Shown in pieces: positions 32,375 through 42,846 of a stretch of 64,000 bases of DNA. This DNA comes from an uncultured Planctomycetota bacterium (GTDB taxonomy: Bacteria > Planctomycetota > Planctomycetia > Pirellulales > Lacipirellulaceae), in contig CAVRBU010000002.1 in assembly GCA_963719315.1 (NCBI GenBank), positions 992,001 through 1,056,000 on the forward strand, in the 5' to 3' direction. The stretch's first letter is position 1. Every line of letters begins with the position of its first letter. The translations under genes were made by a program, and so were the position numbers. A model generated the notes under the pieces. The model was not told the DNA's origin. It made no database searches and was given only the letters and a program-made list of their open reading frames with translations.

Positions 32375-32944
32375 TCCGTAACCGGGTTTCATCTGGATGA
32401 ATATGTCGGCGTGAAGTTCTCGCACCCGGCCTCGTTCCGCGGCTACTTGTGGCAGCGGTTCGTGAGCCGGTTGCCGCTGCCGTTGCGAGCATTTCATTTT
32501 CTGGACGGCGAAGGCGACCCGCGGGCCGAGTGCAACCGCGTGGGCGAAATCATTCGCCGCCACCCGATCGACGTGGCGTTCGTCGGCATCGGCGAAAACG
32601 GCCACCTGGCGTTCAACGATCCGCCGGCCGATTTCGAGACGGAACAACCCTATCTCGTCGTGCAACTCGACGACGCCTGCCGGCGACAGCAACTGGGCGA
32701 GGGCTGGTTCCCCACGTTCGACGACGTGCCAAAACTGGCGATTTCAATGAGCGTTCGGCAGATCATGAGCAGCCGCGCGATCATTTGCACCGTGCCGGAC
32801 GAGCGCAAGGCCGAGGCGGTGCGAAACGCCGTGGAAGGCGAAGTTTCGCCGCAGGTGCCGGCCTCGATTCTGCAGCGGCACAAGCGGTGCCAGCTATTTC
32901 TCGACCCAGCGGCGGCAGTTTTACTGCAAAAATCGGCCCGCTGA
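32375..32944 (+). pseudogene. nagB: Glucosamine-6-phosphate deaminase, C-terminal part
   Basis: [30 protein letters not shown]. Confidence 0.92.
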
Positions 32945-33033
32945 CGACGTTCCCTAGATGGACGATCGTCGGTTTCACGGAACTCGTCTGCCGTGCTTCT
33001 GCTCGAGCGGACCTTTTTTTACTGCTGCGACGT

Positions 33034-34411
33034 ATGAGCATGCCTCGCCTTATTGCCTTGACTTGGCTGGTGGGCTTCGCCCTCCAGGGAGCGGCAGCGC
33101 TCGCAACACCCGTCACCGGCTGGCTGCGAGACACCTCGTTCGGCGGCGGGGCCGCGGCGACTCTTACGGCCGCCAACACGAATTCGCCCATACTTGGCAG
33201 CGGGGCATCGAACAATGCCGACAATGTTGCGATCTACGCTCCCCTACCCCTGGTCTCGCTCGCCGAAGCCCAGCAAATCGTGCTCACGGGTTCGGCCGAA
33301 ATGATCGGCACCGCTTCCGTCGGTGATTTTCGCTGGGGCTTGTTCAAAGACGACGGCGTAGCCCCCGACACCGCCGGCTGGCTCGGTTACTTCGGGAGCG
33401 CCGAGAGCAATGTGTGGTCGAAGGATCCAACAGGCACGAGTTTTGCCACCACGACGTTCGCTTCCATCGCCGGGGGGCGCGGGCGTCCTCGGCCAAATGA
33501 GCGAACCGAACGGGCACGCATTCGACCCCGGTACTTATGCGTTCAAAATGACCGTCCAACGATTCGGCAGCGAGTCACTGGTGAAGGTCGCCATTTCGAA
33601 TAGCGCCACCGGCTTCGCCATCGAGACACCTTTCTTTTCCGAAAGCAACCCTGCCCGGCGCACATTCGCGTTCGATCGCGTGGGCTTTCTATCGGGCAGC
33701 GCACTCGACGCCGACCAGATTCGTTTCAGTAGCATCGATGCCATCGGCTGGTGATATCCAAGCTCCTACGCTCAAGGTCTTTTCATCCGGTCTGGTATTC
33801 CTCACGAACCCGTTCAACCAAACATTCGATTTGACGCACTACGAGATTGCCAGTGCCGGAGGCGGATTGAGCCCTACGGGTTGGCTGAGCCTCGATGACC
33901 AGGAAAACAATGATCCCGTAGGGGTCGGCTGGGAAGAGGCCGGAGGCAGCAACTGCCAACATCCTGGCGGAGGTCAATCTGCTCTCGACAACTTCATTGG
34001 CGAGTGGCGGAAGCTTGCGCCTCGGTCATGCGTTTACACCCGGATTCCCGAAGGACCTGACGCTTCGGTTCACGGCCGGCGACGAAGTTCTTCGCGGGCC
34101 GGTACAATACCTGCTGACCGGCGACTATAACGGCGATGGCACGGTGGATGCCGGCGACTACGTGATCTGGCGGCGAACGCTTGGCCAAAGCGTTGCGTTT
34201 GGATCGGGCGCCGATGGCGACGGCGACGGCGTCATCGGCCTGGGCGACTATGCCGCTTGGAGAAGCAGTTTTAATGCAATTCTGGCGCCAGCCGCTGCCC
34301 TAGGCCGCGAGTGTTCCTGAGCCTGCTGCGATCGGCCTGATTTGTTGGACCTGCGTGTCAGGATTCGTTTGGGTCGGCGGCCGCCGCAGGGCCGTCCATG
34401 GATCGAGTTGA
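33034..34411 (+). pseudogene. Dockerin-like PEP-CTERM protein with about 4 single-base frameshifts
   Basis: Signal peptide; LSLDDQE.NDPVG.GWEEAGG; GDYNGDGTVDAGDYVIWR; VPEP at 34313 then TM-GRRR. Confidence 0.75.
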
Positions 34412-36150
34412 TGATCTCCAGCTTGAAGGACACTGACACATGTATCTTCGAATTGACACGAGCGACTCATCGAGCCATCGTGCTCTGCTGGTTGCTGAAC
34501 TTCGCATGCACGCCATCGGCAGCCGGCGTGGAAATCAATCAGGTCGCTGGAAACCTGATCACGTTCAACACGAACGGCGCGTGGTCGTGGTATATGGACG
34601 AGCGGGTGATCGTCGATACCACGGCCGGGAAGCTGCTGATGAGTTCCGCGGCGGATGCCAGCGGAACCGACGGCGGCTCGCGAAACGGCGACATCGACGT
34701 GGTGTCGTACGACCTCACCTCCGGGCAGACGAACCGCTTCGTGCTGCACGCCGGGCTGGGGGCCGACGACCACGACGCGGCCGCGCTCCTTATCCGCCCA
34801 GACGGCCGTTACCTCGCCATGTACACCAGGCACAACGCCGACAAGATCTCGCATTACCGAATCTCGACGAACCCGCACGATGCGACGAGTTGGGGAGCGG
34901 AGCAAGACTTCGATTGGTCGACGACGCCCGGCAGCGATTTCAACGTTACGTACTCCAATCTGTTTTATCTGCCCGCGGAAAACCGCACGTACAATTTTGC
35001 CCGCGCGAATAACCGCAGCCCCAATATGATGATTTCGTCCAACAACGGTTCGACGTGGACCTACGGCGGCAACCTGGTGTTCAATCCCACGTTCGTTGGC
35101 TATGTGAACGGGTACTTCAAATACGCGTCCAACGGCGTCGATCGGATCGACTTCATCGGCACCGAGTATCATCCCCGCGACTTCAACAACAGCATCTACG
35201 CCGGCTACATCAAGGGTGGACAGATGTTCCGCACGGATGGGACGCTGGTCGACAGCAATATTTTCGACAACAACGCTCCTAACCAAACGGCGCTCATGAC
35301 GGTGTTCCAAAGCGATCCTGAAGACGGCAATCAGGTAAACACGCGGGCCTGGACGACCGACCTGCAAATCGACAGCAACGGCAATCCCTACGCGATCTTT
35401 ACCACGCGGCGCGACGACATACCGGTCAACACGAACGGATACAACGACCACCGCTTCTGGTACGCGCGCTTCGACGGCACACAGTGGAACGTGCACGAGT
35501 TGGCCAAAGCCGGCGCCCGCTTGTACCCGGCCGAGCAGGACTACACCGGGCTGGTTGCGCTCGACCCCTTCGACCCCAATCACCTGTACATTTCGTCCAC
35601 GATCGACCCACGAAACGACACAAATCTAAACTTCCACGAAATCTTCGAGGGCACGACCACCGACGGCGGCGCTAATTGGAATTGGACGCCCATCACGTTC
35701 AACTCGACCGCCGACAACGTGCGGCCCATCGTTCCCATCTGGGACGCCACGCATACGGCGCTCACTTGGATGCGCGGCAAATACAACTCACAGGTCGATT
35801 ACGACATGGATATCGTTGGCCTGACCTCATTCGGGCCTTTGCAAGGTTATATCTTCGGCGACCTCAATTCCGATCACATGTTCGATATCACTGACTTTTC
35901 CATTTACATTTCTTACATGTATACGAATCTAAGCGCCCTGACGCCCGAGGAGGCATATGCGCGTGGGGATTTGAACGGCGACTTCAAGAACGACGCCAAC
36001 GACTTCATCCTCTTTCGCGCGGCCTACAACGCAGAGCACGGCGCCGGTGCATTCGAGGCCGCTCTGGCAGGCGTGCCGGAACCCACGACGATGAGTCTGC
36101 TGCTCATAGTAGGCGCCTTAGCTGACGTGCGTCGCCGTCGACAAATGTAG
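34411..36150 (+). CDS. BNR-4-like, dockerin-like, PEP-CTERM protein (paralog of 20957-22711)
   Basis: GAWSWYMDER, DDHD, KYASNGVDRI, IFEGTTTDGGANW, VPEP tail; TGATG coupling to upstream gene. Confidence 0.87.
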   Translation: MISSLKDTDTCIFELTRATHRAIVLCWLLNFACTPSAAGVEINQVAGNLITFNTNGAWSWYMDERVIVDTTAGKLLMSSAADASGTDGGSRNGDIDVVSYDLTSGQTNRFVLHAGLGADDHDAAALLIRPDGRYLAMYTRHNADKISHYRISTNPHDATSWGAEQDFDWSTTPGSDFNVTYSNLFYLPAENRTYNFARANNRSPNMMISSNNGSTWTYGGNLVFNPTFVGYVNGYFKYASNGVDRIDFIGTEYHPRDFNNSIYAGYIKGGQMFRTDGTLVDSNIFDNNAPNQTALMTVFQSDPEDGNQVNTRAWTTDLQIDSNGNPYAIFTTRRDDIPVNTNGYNDHRFWYARFDGTQWNVHELAKAGARLYPAEQDYTGLVALDPFDPNHLYISSTIDPRNDTNLNFHEIFEGTTTDGGANWNWTPITFNSTADNVRPIVPIWDATHTALTWMRGKYNSQVDYDMDIVGLTSFGPLQGYIFGDLNSDHMFDITDFSIYISYMYTNLSALTPEEAYARGDLNGDFKNDANDFILFRAAYNAEHGAGAFEAALAGVPEPTTMSLLLIVGALADVRRRRQM

Positions 36151-36209
36151 CAAGCACGCTCCGAGGCTGTGAGTTTTTCAAAACTGTGCAGTCTCGTCAC
36201 AACATGTAC

Positions 36210-37820
36210 GTATGCGATCCGCCCTAGCCGGAGACACCAGCCAGTCGCTGCAAACACCATTAGCACCAAGGTCGCCGGCTCGGGCACGGCAACATTCGTA
36301 CTAGAGCGGTTACATCATGGTGTAGCGTTGCTAGCGGCCATCGCTAGCACTGCGTTTATCGGGATTTAGTTGGCATGCGCGATTAGATTCCGCTACACCC
36401 AAAGTGTAACCGCTCTAGCACCCGCGCCGCTGGCCGCCGTTTCACAGAAGTGAGCGCGCCACTCGTTGTAGCCTTGTGGGCCGTTGATGCCTGTCTTACG
36501 CCACACGACATAGTCAGCGGCATCGACCGTGCCGTCGTGGTTGTAATCGCCGAAGCTGACGGCCATTACCTCGTAAATCGCGCCGGTATTCGTCGGTGCG
36601 CTGAAAAGGCTGCCATCGGCCATATCCGACATGAAGAGCGCATCCGACGTGCTGAGCATTCCATCCAAATGACCGATAAATGGTTCCTGGGTGCCGATAA
36701 AATGCCAATAAGTGCCAGTCGTCAGGTCGTAAAAGACGACCGGGTTCTCTTCGTTGCCGCCGCCCGTGGTTGGATTGGGTGGGCCAACCTTGTTGAACTG
36801 GCCGTGAAAGCCGATGAAGAGGCCGTTGTTTAGTCCGGCCGGGAAGTTCGAGGGGGCAAAGGCTATCTCGTTGGGACCTTCCGATTCGTTAGGCGATGAG
36901 TTATATGGTCGGACGTATCAAACGGACCAAATGGGGCGAATCGGGCAATCGCGCCCGGATTGCCGTGTTGGGGGAAAGTTGTCGGCGTACCCTCGTAGAA
37001 ATCCGTGCTGAAATTGGTATTGGGGTGACTGACGCCAATTTGCGACGCATCAATCTTGTGAAGCGTATCCAGGCTGTAGGCCGCGTTGCCGTATCTATCA
37101 TTGGGATGACTATTGCCACTGGACCCATCCATTCCATTGTCGGTGTAGTATAGATCGCCTGCGCCGGGCTGAAACGCCATCCCTACCGCATTGCGCAATC
37201 CCGCCGCCACTTTCACCGGCGTCGACATCGCCGCCGCCGTCCGGTTAAATGAAACGGTTGTCATATAAATCGACTCTGGGTCGAGCGGGGCGTTGCTCAA
37301 CCCGGTTGCGTTGCCGGTGGTGTTGGCCGTGGCATGATACGTCCCGAAATTTCCCGCATCGCTGGTTTGGTTCGTGCGCGAGCCGAGATTGAAAAAGACA
37401 TCATACTTCCCGCTCTGGTTGGGCGTTGGCCGGACAGCCAGCCCAAACGACGGATGCTCCCAAGTGGAGGCGGTAAAACTGAGGTTGATCGTGCCGACGC
37501 TAACGAACGGCGACGTGGTAGTCGCCCCTTGTTGTAGAACGCTAATCACTGGACTCGGTGTGTCAGCGTTGTCGGTGACAAACAACAGATTCCCCGCCTG
37601 GCGCACCGACGTGATTTGTCCCGGCAAACCATCCACGGGCGTCAAATCCGCCGTCTGATCCGCGACTCAGTCGTTATCTGTATCGGTCAAGAGGAGCAGA
37701 TGGCCGGAGTTGCCACCGGCCGGAAGGAACGGCCCGTCGTTCGTGGTACTGACCAAAATTCCGCCACCGTATTGCTGCATGCTGGTTGGATAATTCAGCC
37801 CGCTCGCGAACGTGGTCACT
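36210..37820 (-). pseudogene. Degraded glucose/sorbosone-dehydrogenase-like PEP-CTERM protein (ends approximate)
   Basis: AAGLRNAVGMAF...DLYYTDNG; GDYNHDGTVDAADYVVWRK; VPEP; in-frame stop, frameshifts, MITE insertion, no 5' end. Confidence 0.65.
36305..36414. mobile_element. 110-bp MITE
   Basis: TIR AGCGGTTACA..GGTGTAGCG at both ends; CTAG duplicated at 36301-36304 and 36415-36418. Confidence 0.85.
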
Positions 37821-37849
37821 CTCAATTGGCCATTGCACTATCGACTTGA

Positions 37850-38571
37850 GGCACAACTCAGCCAAATTGGACTTTCAATTTGTGCCCGCCAAGGATCGGC
37901 CGGACATCTTCGGTCCCTTTATCTGCGTCACTAACAGCTACAACACAGTACGAGCGTTACGATTCGACATCGGCTACTTCCGAAAGGTTTGTGCCAACGG
38001 CCTGATAATTCCGGACGCAATTGTAAAGATTCACTTTGTCCATTCGCGCCGCACTATTGGCGACAAGATCAAGTTTGATGTTGCGCGCGAGCGATTGACG
38101 AAGTTTAGAAACAGCTTCGCGGATTTGCTTGGCGCGTTACGTGATTGTTCTGTGCCCCGTTCTCTGTTCGAGCCGCTGACGCTTGGGGCCTTGTTATTTC
38201 ACGAGCCGAAGGGGGCGGACACAAACGGTCGCAGAGCCAAGGACTGGGCGTTGCTCAAAGCGCACATCCGCAAGGTGTCTGACCATTACGCTGGTGAACT
38301 TGGCGAGAATGCCTACGCCGTATTCAATACCATCACCGTCTTCGCTTCGCGTCCGTCGATCAATCGTAGTGTCCAGCGCGAGCGGCATAGCTTCCAACAA
38401 TTGGCCGGTAAATGGTTGAGCGTGTTCAGCCGTGAGTGCCGCGAGCCGGGATTCAAGATCGACGGGTATCTCATGAAGTTGGTAACAACTAGCGGACGCG
38501 ACGCCGCGTCGAACATTGATGGCCGAACCAGCCGCCGTCCGCAATTGCTAGATGACGCCTCCGCTGGTTAG
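37850..38571 (+). pseudogene. DUF932-like protein, 5'-truncated
   Basis: VTNSYN...FDIGYFRKVCANGLI...H; NAYAVFNTIT. Confidence 0.65.
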
Positions 38572-38704
38572 ACTGGATTCTTCGGGTGTCCGCCGCGGTC
38601 GCTCCCTGGTGGACATCAAATGGGGTCAGGGGGTGCCTCGGCGACGTTCACACCTACCTACCGCGGCACCTCTTGTCCCCGCCCGATCATAGGTAGGTAT
38701 TTCG

Positions 38705-41111
38705 ATGCCGACTGGTCTGCACGACCCGCCGCTGAGCGAATCTGATACTCGCTCCAAGCTCATCGACCCGGCTATTCATGCGCGCGGCTGGACTGAGGAA
38801 CATATCCGGCGTGAAGAGACGGCTGGCGCGATCGAAAAAATCAACGAAGAATGGCGCCGGCGCAGCAAAGGCCGTGTTGATTACACGTTGCGGGTAAAGG
38901 TCACGAGCGGAGAGCAACCGGTCGCTGTAGCGGTCATCGAGGCCAAGGCCGAGAATCTTGCTCCAAACCACGGACTGGAACAAGCCAAGTCGTATGCCCG
39001 CTGCGAACGACTGAATGTCCCGTTCGCGTTCGCAAGCAACGGACATTTGTACGTCGAATTCGATGCCTTTACCGGCCTGACGACGGACCCGCGTCCGATG
39101 GTCGAATTTCCGTCGCCCGATGACTTGCAGACCCGCTATGAAACCGGCAATGGTTTTCGGCTGGTCGAGGAAGTGGCCAAGCCGCTCGTTACGCCGTATG
39201 CAGGTGGCGAAGCGTTTCGCCGCTACTACCAGGACGCGGCAATCCGCGCTGTATTCGAGAAGATCGCCCGCTGCGAACATACGGGCGATCCAAGGCGAGC
39301 CTTGCTATCGCTGGCCACTGGCTCCGGCAAGACAATTATTGCCGCGCTATTGCTGCGACGGTTCGCCGATGCCGGACAACTGGGCCGCGCACTTTTCGTC
39401 TGCGATCGTGATGAACTGCGGACGCAAGCGCTCGGAAAACTGCAAAACCAGTTCGGCAATGATGCTGCCCCGGCCAACACACGCGACCCGCAAAAGAACG
39501 CCCGCGTCGTCGTAGCCACCTACCAGACGCTGGGCGTCGATACCGATGACGCGGACGCCAGCTTCCTGCTCAGCAATTATCCCGAAAACTATTTCACGCA
39601 CATCGTCATCGACGAATGCCACCGCTCGGCCTGGGGCAAGTGGTCGCAGGTGCTGACGCGCAATTCCAATGCGGTGCAAATTGGCCTGACCGCCACACCC
39701 CGGCAAATCGAACTACCTGAAGAAGCCGAAGCTCATCCGGACGCTAAGGCCGACGCCAAGATCACGGCCGACAACCTTCGTTACTTCGGTGAGCCCGTGT
39801 ACGAATACTCACTCGGCCAAGGCATCGAAGACGGCTACCTGGCTGCCTGTGAGATCATTGAAGGCCGCGTCAACCTGGACGATACCGGCATCACGATCGA
39901 CGACATCATGGCGCGCAACCCAGTGGACGCTACGACGGGCCGGCCGGTCACGCGCGACCAGTTGCAGTCGATGTACCAGGCCACCAGCTACGAAAGCCGC
40001 GTGTTGCTACCCGATCGAGTTGAGGCCATGTGCCAAGACTTGATGAAATATCTCACCGAGCACGGCAAGCCGGAGCAAAAGACGATTATCTTTTGCGCGA
40101 GGGACCGCCACTCCGACGATGTCGCGGCGAAGCTCAACAACTTGTACGCCGCATGGTGCCGCGAGCAGGGACGCGAGCCGCTCGATGCGTTCGCATTCAA
40201 ATGCACGTCGCAGCACGGCAAAGACTACTTGCCCGAACTACGCGGCGCGACGCGGAGCCATTTCATTGCCTGCACGGTCGATCTCTTGAGCACGGGCGTG
40301 GACATCGAACCGCTGCAAAACGTTGTGTTCTTCAAGTACGTTCATTCGCCGATCAGCTTCTATCAGATGGTTGGCCGTGGTACGCGAATCGACGTGCCGA
40401 CCGGCAAGCTGATGTTCCGCATCTACGACTACACGGGCGCCACCGACCTATTCGGCAAGCAATTCATTACCCCGCCTCCGCCAGAGCCGCCGCCCGGCCC
40501 TGGCCCGGAACCGGCGCCGACTCCGCCGATGCCCAATATCCTCGTCCACGGCTTTGACGTGACAGTGACGCCAGCCGGTCACTCCATTCCGGTCGAAATC
40601 GCTGGTGTGATGACCAAGATCAGCGTCGAGGAATATAAGGAACGGCTGGCTCGGCGGCTGGTCGAGCAGGTGGCCACGATCGGCGACGTTTCGGAATCTA
40701 TGGATTGAACCGCCCAAGCGTCACGATTTGTTCGACCAGTTACCGGATGCCGGCCGCTCGCCGCTATTGGTGCGGGCACTCGATCGCATGGACGATTACG
40801 ACCTCTACGATGTGCTGGCCGACCTGGGTTACGGCCTCGATCCCAAAACTCGCATCGCGCGTGCCGACGCATTCTTCTATAAGCATGCAACCTGGTTGGC
40901 CGGTCTGCCGAAGCCGGCGGCCAATACACTGGAAGCCATCGTCGGCCAGTTCGGCCGCATCGGCACCGAAGGATTGGAAAACCCAGAAATCTGGAATACG
41001 CCAGATGTCCGCCGCGCTGGCGGCATAGAAGGACCAATGAAGGCGCTTCGCGAACTGGGTAAACCGAAGGATGTGTTGCAGGATGCCAAGGCGCGGTTGT
41101 TCGCGGCGTGA
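38705..41111 (+). CDS. hsdR: Type I restriction endonuclease subunit R (EcoEI-like), +1 frameshift near 40687
   Basis: VDY..VIEAK nuclease, ATGSGKT, DECH, QMVGRGTR; C-terminal domain continues in ORF 40728-41111. Confidence 0.92.
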
Positions 41112-41189
41112 GTGGGCAGTGATGCGGCATGGGCCGGTCTTGCACGGTGAACAGATTGCAGCCAGAATCCGTACTTAATTGGGCGCAAA

Positions 41190-41963
41190 ATGAGTCGTGG
41201 CGAATTCAAAATTGACTTGGCCGAACAATTCGAGCATCTTACCAATGCGCCGATTGTGGAAGCCGTCATTCACTGGCGCGCCAGATCAGAAAAGAAGCCT
41301 GAGCCAGAGGTTCTGCTCGAACGCCTGAAAGAGAAGCTGCCGGATTATCCCAATTCACAGCGGCGGCAAGAACTCGGATTCGGTGGTGAAATCGGTCCCG
41401 ACGGTTCGTCGATACAGATCAAGCACCCTAGCTGGCATGGATTCCGATTTGATACGGCGGACAAATTGCAAGTCGCCCAATTTACCCGAAACGGCTTCGC
41501 TTTCAGCCGACTAAAACCGTACCAGGATTGGGAGCAATTCGAAGCCGAAGCTAGGCGCCTCTGGCGAATCTATTGCGAGTTGACTCAGCCCTCCGAGGTC
41601 CAGCGACTGGGAGTACGATTTATCAACCTAATTACGCCGGTCAGCCCTGATGAATTGCCCGACCTGCTGGCCGTCCCGCCGCGCAGCCCCAAGAGCATGG
41701 ATTTGCCGTTGGAAGGGTTCATGCACCAAAGCGTGTTCGACATTCCGGGCCATCCATATAATCTCAACCTGATTCAGACAATTCAGCCGCCTAGCCCCCC
41801 GCAGTCGGAATCGTTTGGGCTTATACTGGATATTGACGTATTCACCACCGGCCCAGTTGAGTTCGACGATGTTCCATCTCGGTTGACCGAGATGCACTGG
41901 ATCAAGAATAAGGCGTTTTTCACTTTCGTGAAAAAGAAAGCCATCGGGCGCTTCAAGGAGTAA
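41190..41963 (+). CDS. TIGR04255-like protein
   Basis: HLTNAPIVEAVI, FSRLKPY..WE.F, RLGVRFIN, ILDIDVF, KNKAFF. Confidence 0.8.
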   Translation: MSRGEFKIDLAEQFEHLTNAPIVEAVIHWRARSEKKPEPEVLLERLKEKLPDYPNSQRRQELGFGGEIGPDGSSIQIKHPSWHGFRFDTADKLQVAQFTRNGFAFSRLKPYQDWEQFEAEARRLWRIYCELTQPSEVQRLGVRFINLITPVSPDELPDLLAVPPRSPKSMDLPLEGFMHQSVFDIPGHPYNLNLIQTIQPPSPPQSESFGLILDIDVFTTGPVEFDDVPSRLTEMHWIKNKAFFTFVKKKAIGRFKE

Positions 41964-41968
41964 CCGCG

Positions 41969-42427
41969 ATGACCGTGACGCAATACCGCTGCGAGAGTCA
42001 GGCCGCAAAGTTTGTTGGCGATCAATGGGCACGGCACAATCGTTTTCTCCACAAATCGGCCGCCATCGGCAATGAGCAGGTGATACGCGAAGAGCTGGCC
42101 GAAGTGTGGGAGGAATGCAGCGAGCCAGATTGGGACGGGTACAATGCGCTTCCCGTAAGCTGGGATTCGTTTAAGACGGCTGAGAGGTTGCTACTTTCAC
42201 TCCCGCTCGGTACAAAGCTACCTTCCGTCGGCGCAATTCCCAATGGGAATTTCACGCTTGAGTGGCATCACTCGCGTCGCCGAAGTTTGTCGGTTTCGAT
42301 TAGTCCCGACGGAGACCTGCACTACGCCGCCTTGTTGGGACCTGCCCGCACCTGCGGCACGGAGCCGTTCTTCGATGAAGCGCCATCGACGATCCTCGAC
42401 CTCATCGCACGAGTCTATCAATGCTAG
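41969..42427 (+). CDS. Hypothetical protein (WDGY motif)
   Basis: DWDGYNALPV...PSVGAIPNGNFTLEW; tightly coupled to neighbours. Confidence 0.7.
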   Translation: MTVTQYRCESQAAKFVGDQWARHNRFLHKSAAIGNEQVIREELAEVWEECSEPDWDGYNALPVSWDSFKTAERLLLSLPLGTKLPSVGAIPNGNFTLEWHHSRRRSLSVSISPDGDLHYAALLGPARTCGTEPFFDEAPSTILDLIARVYQC

Positions 42428-42840
42428 ATCCGGCCAACGTGCCCAACGTTGATGCCCAGGAAATGACCGCGCGGTTTGTCGTCGCGAAGAGGCACGTCAA
42501 TAAGCAGATATCCGCGCTTCGAGCCGAAGCCTTCGTGCCGCATCCCTACGAAGAGTTATCGGTGACTCGACTTATCGAGATGACCGACGAGGAAATCTGG
42601 GCGGTAGGCAGGCAGGTGGCCGCCGCGCGTACGCCGTCCAGAACGCTTCGTGGCCGTGGGGACGTATTGGCAGCGACCTACATTGGTCAGAATCTGGAAG
42701 TCGTAGCAGACCCAGTCGCGAGGAACCCGAACCATGCGAATGTCACCGGCTGGCCATCTGCGGACGACGAAGCCGCGCAATTTATGATCGCCAAGGAAAT
42801 CGCCGCAGTGGCGAAGTTTGTCGCATTTGCGGAGGCGTAG
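42421..42840 (+). CDS. Hypothetical protein, possible ART/RES-like toxin
   Basis: ARF...AF...LSVTR...V.DP...PNHANV.GW; start overlaps upstream stop. Confidence 0.6.
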   Translation: MLDPANVPNVDAQEMTARFVVAKRHVNKQISALRAEAFVPHPYEELSVTRLIEMTDEEIWAVGRQVAAARTPSRTLRGRGDVLAATYIGQNLEVVADPVARNPNHANVTGWPSADDEAAQFMIAKEIAAVAKFVAFAEA

Positions 42841-42846
42841 CGCGGT

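Noticed and set aside
32449..33033. N-terminal extension of ORF 32449-33603
   Set aside because: Overlaps nagB out of frame; a signal peptide begins at 33034/33040
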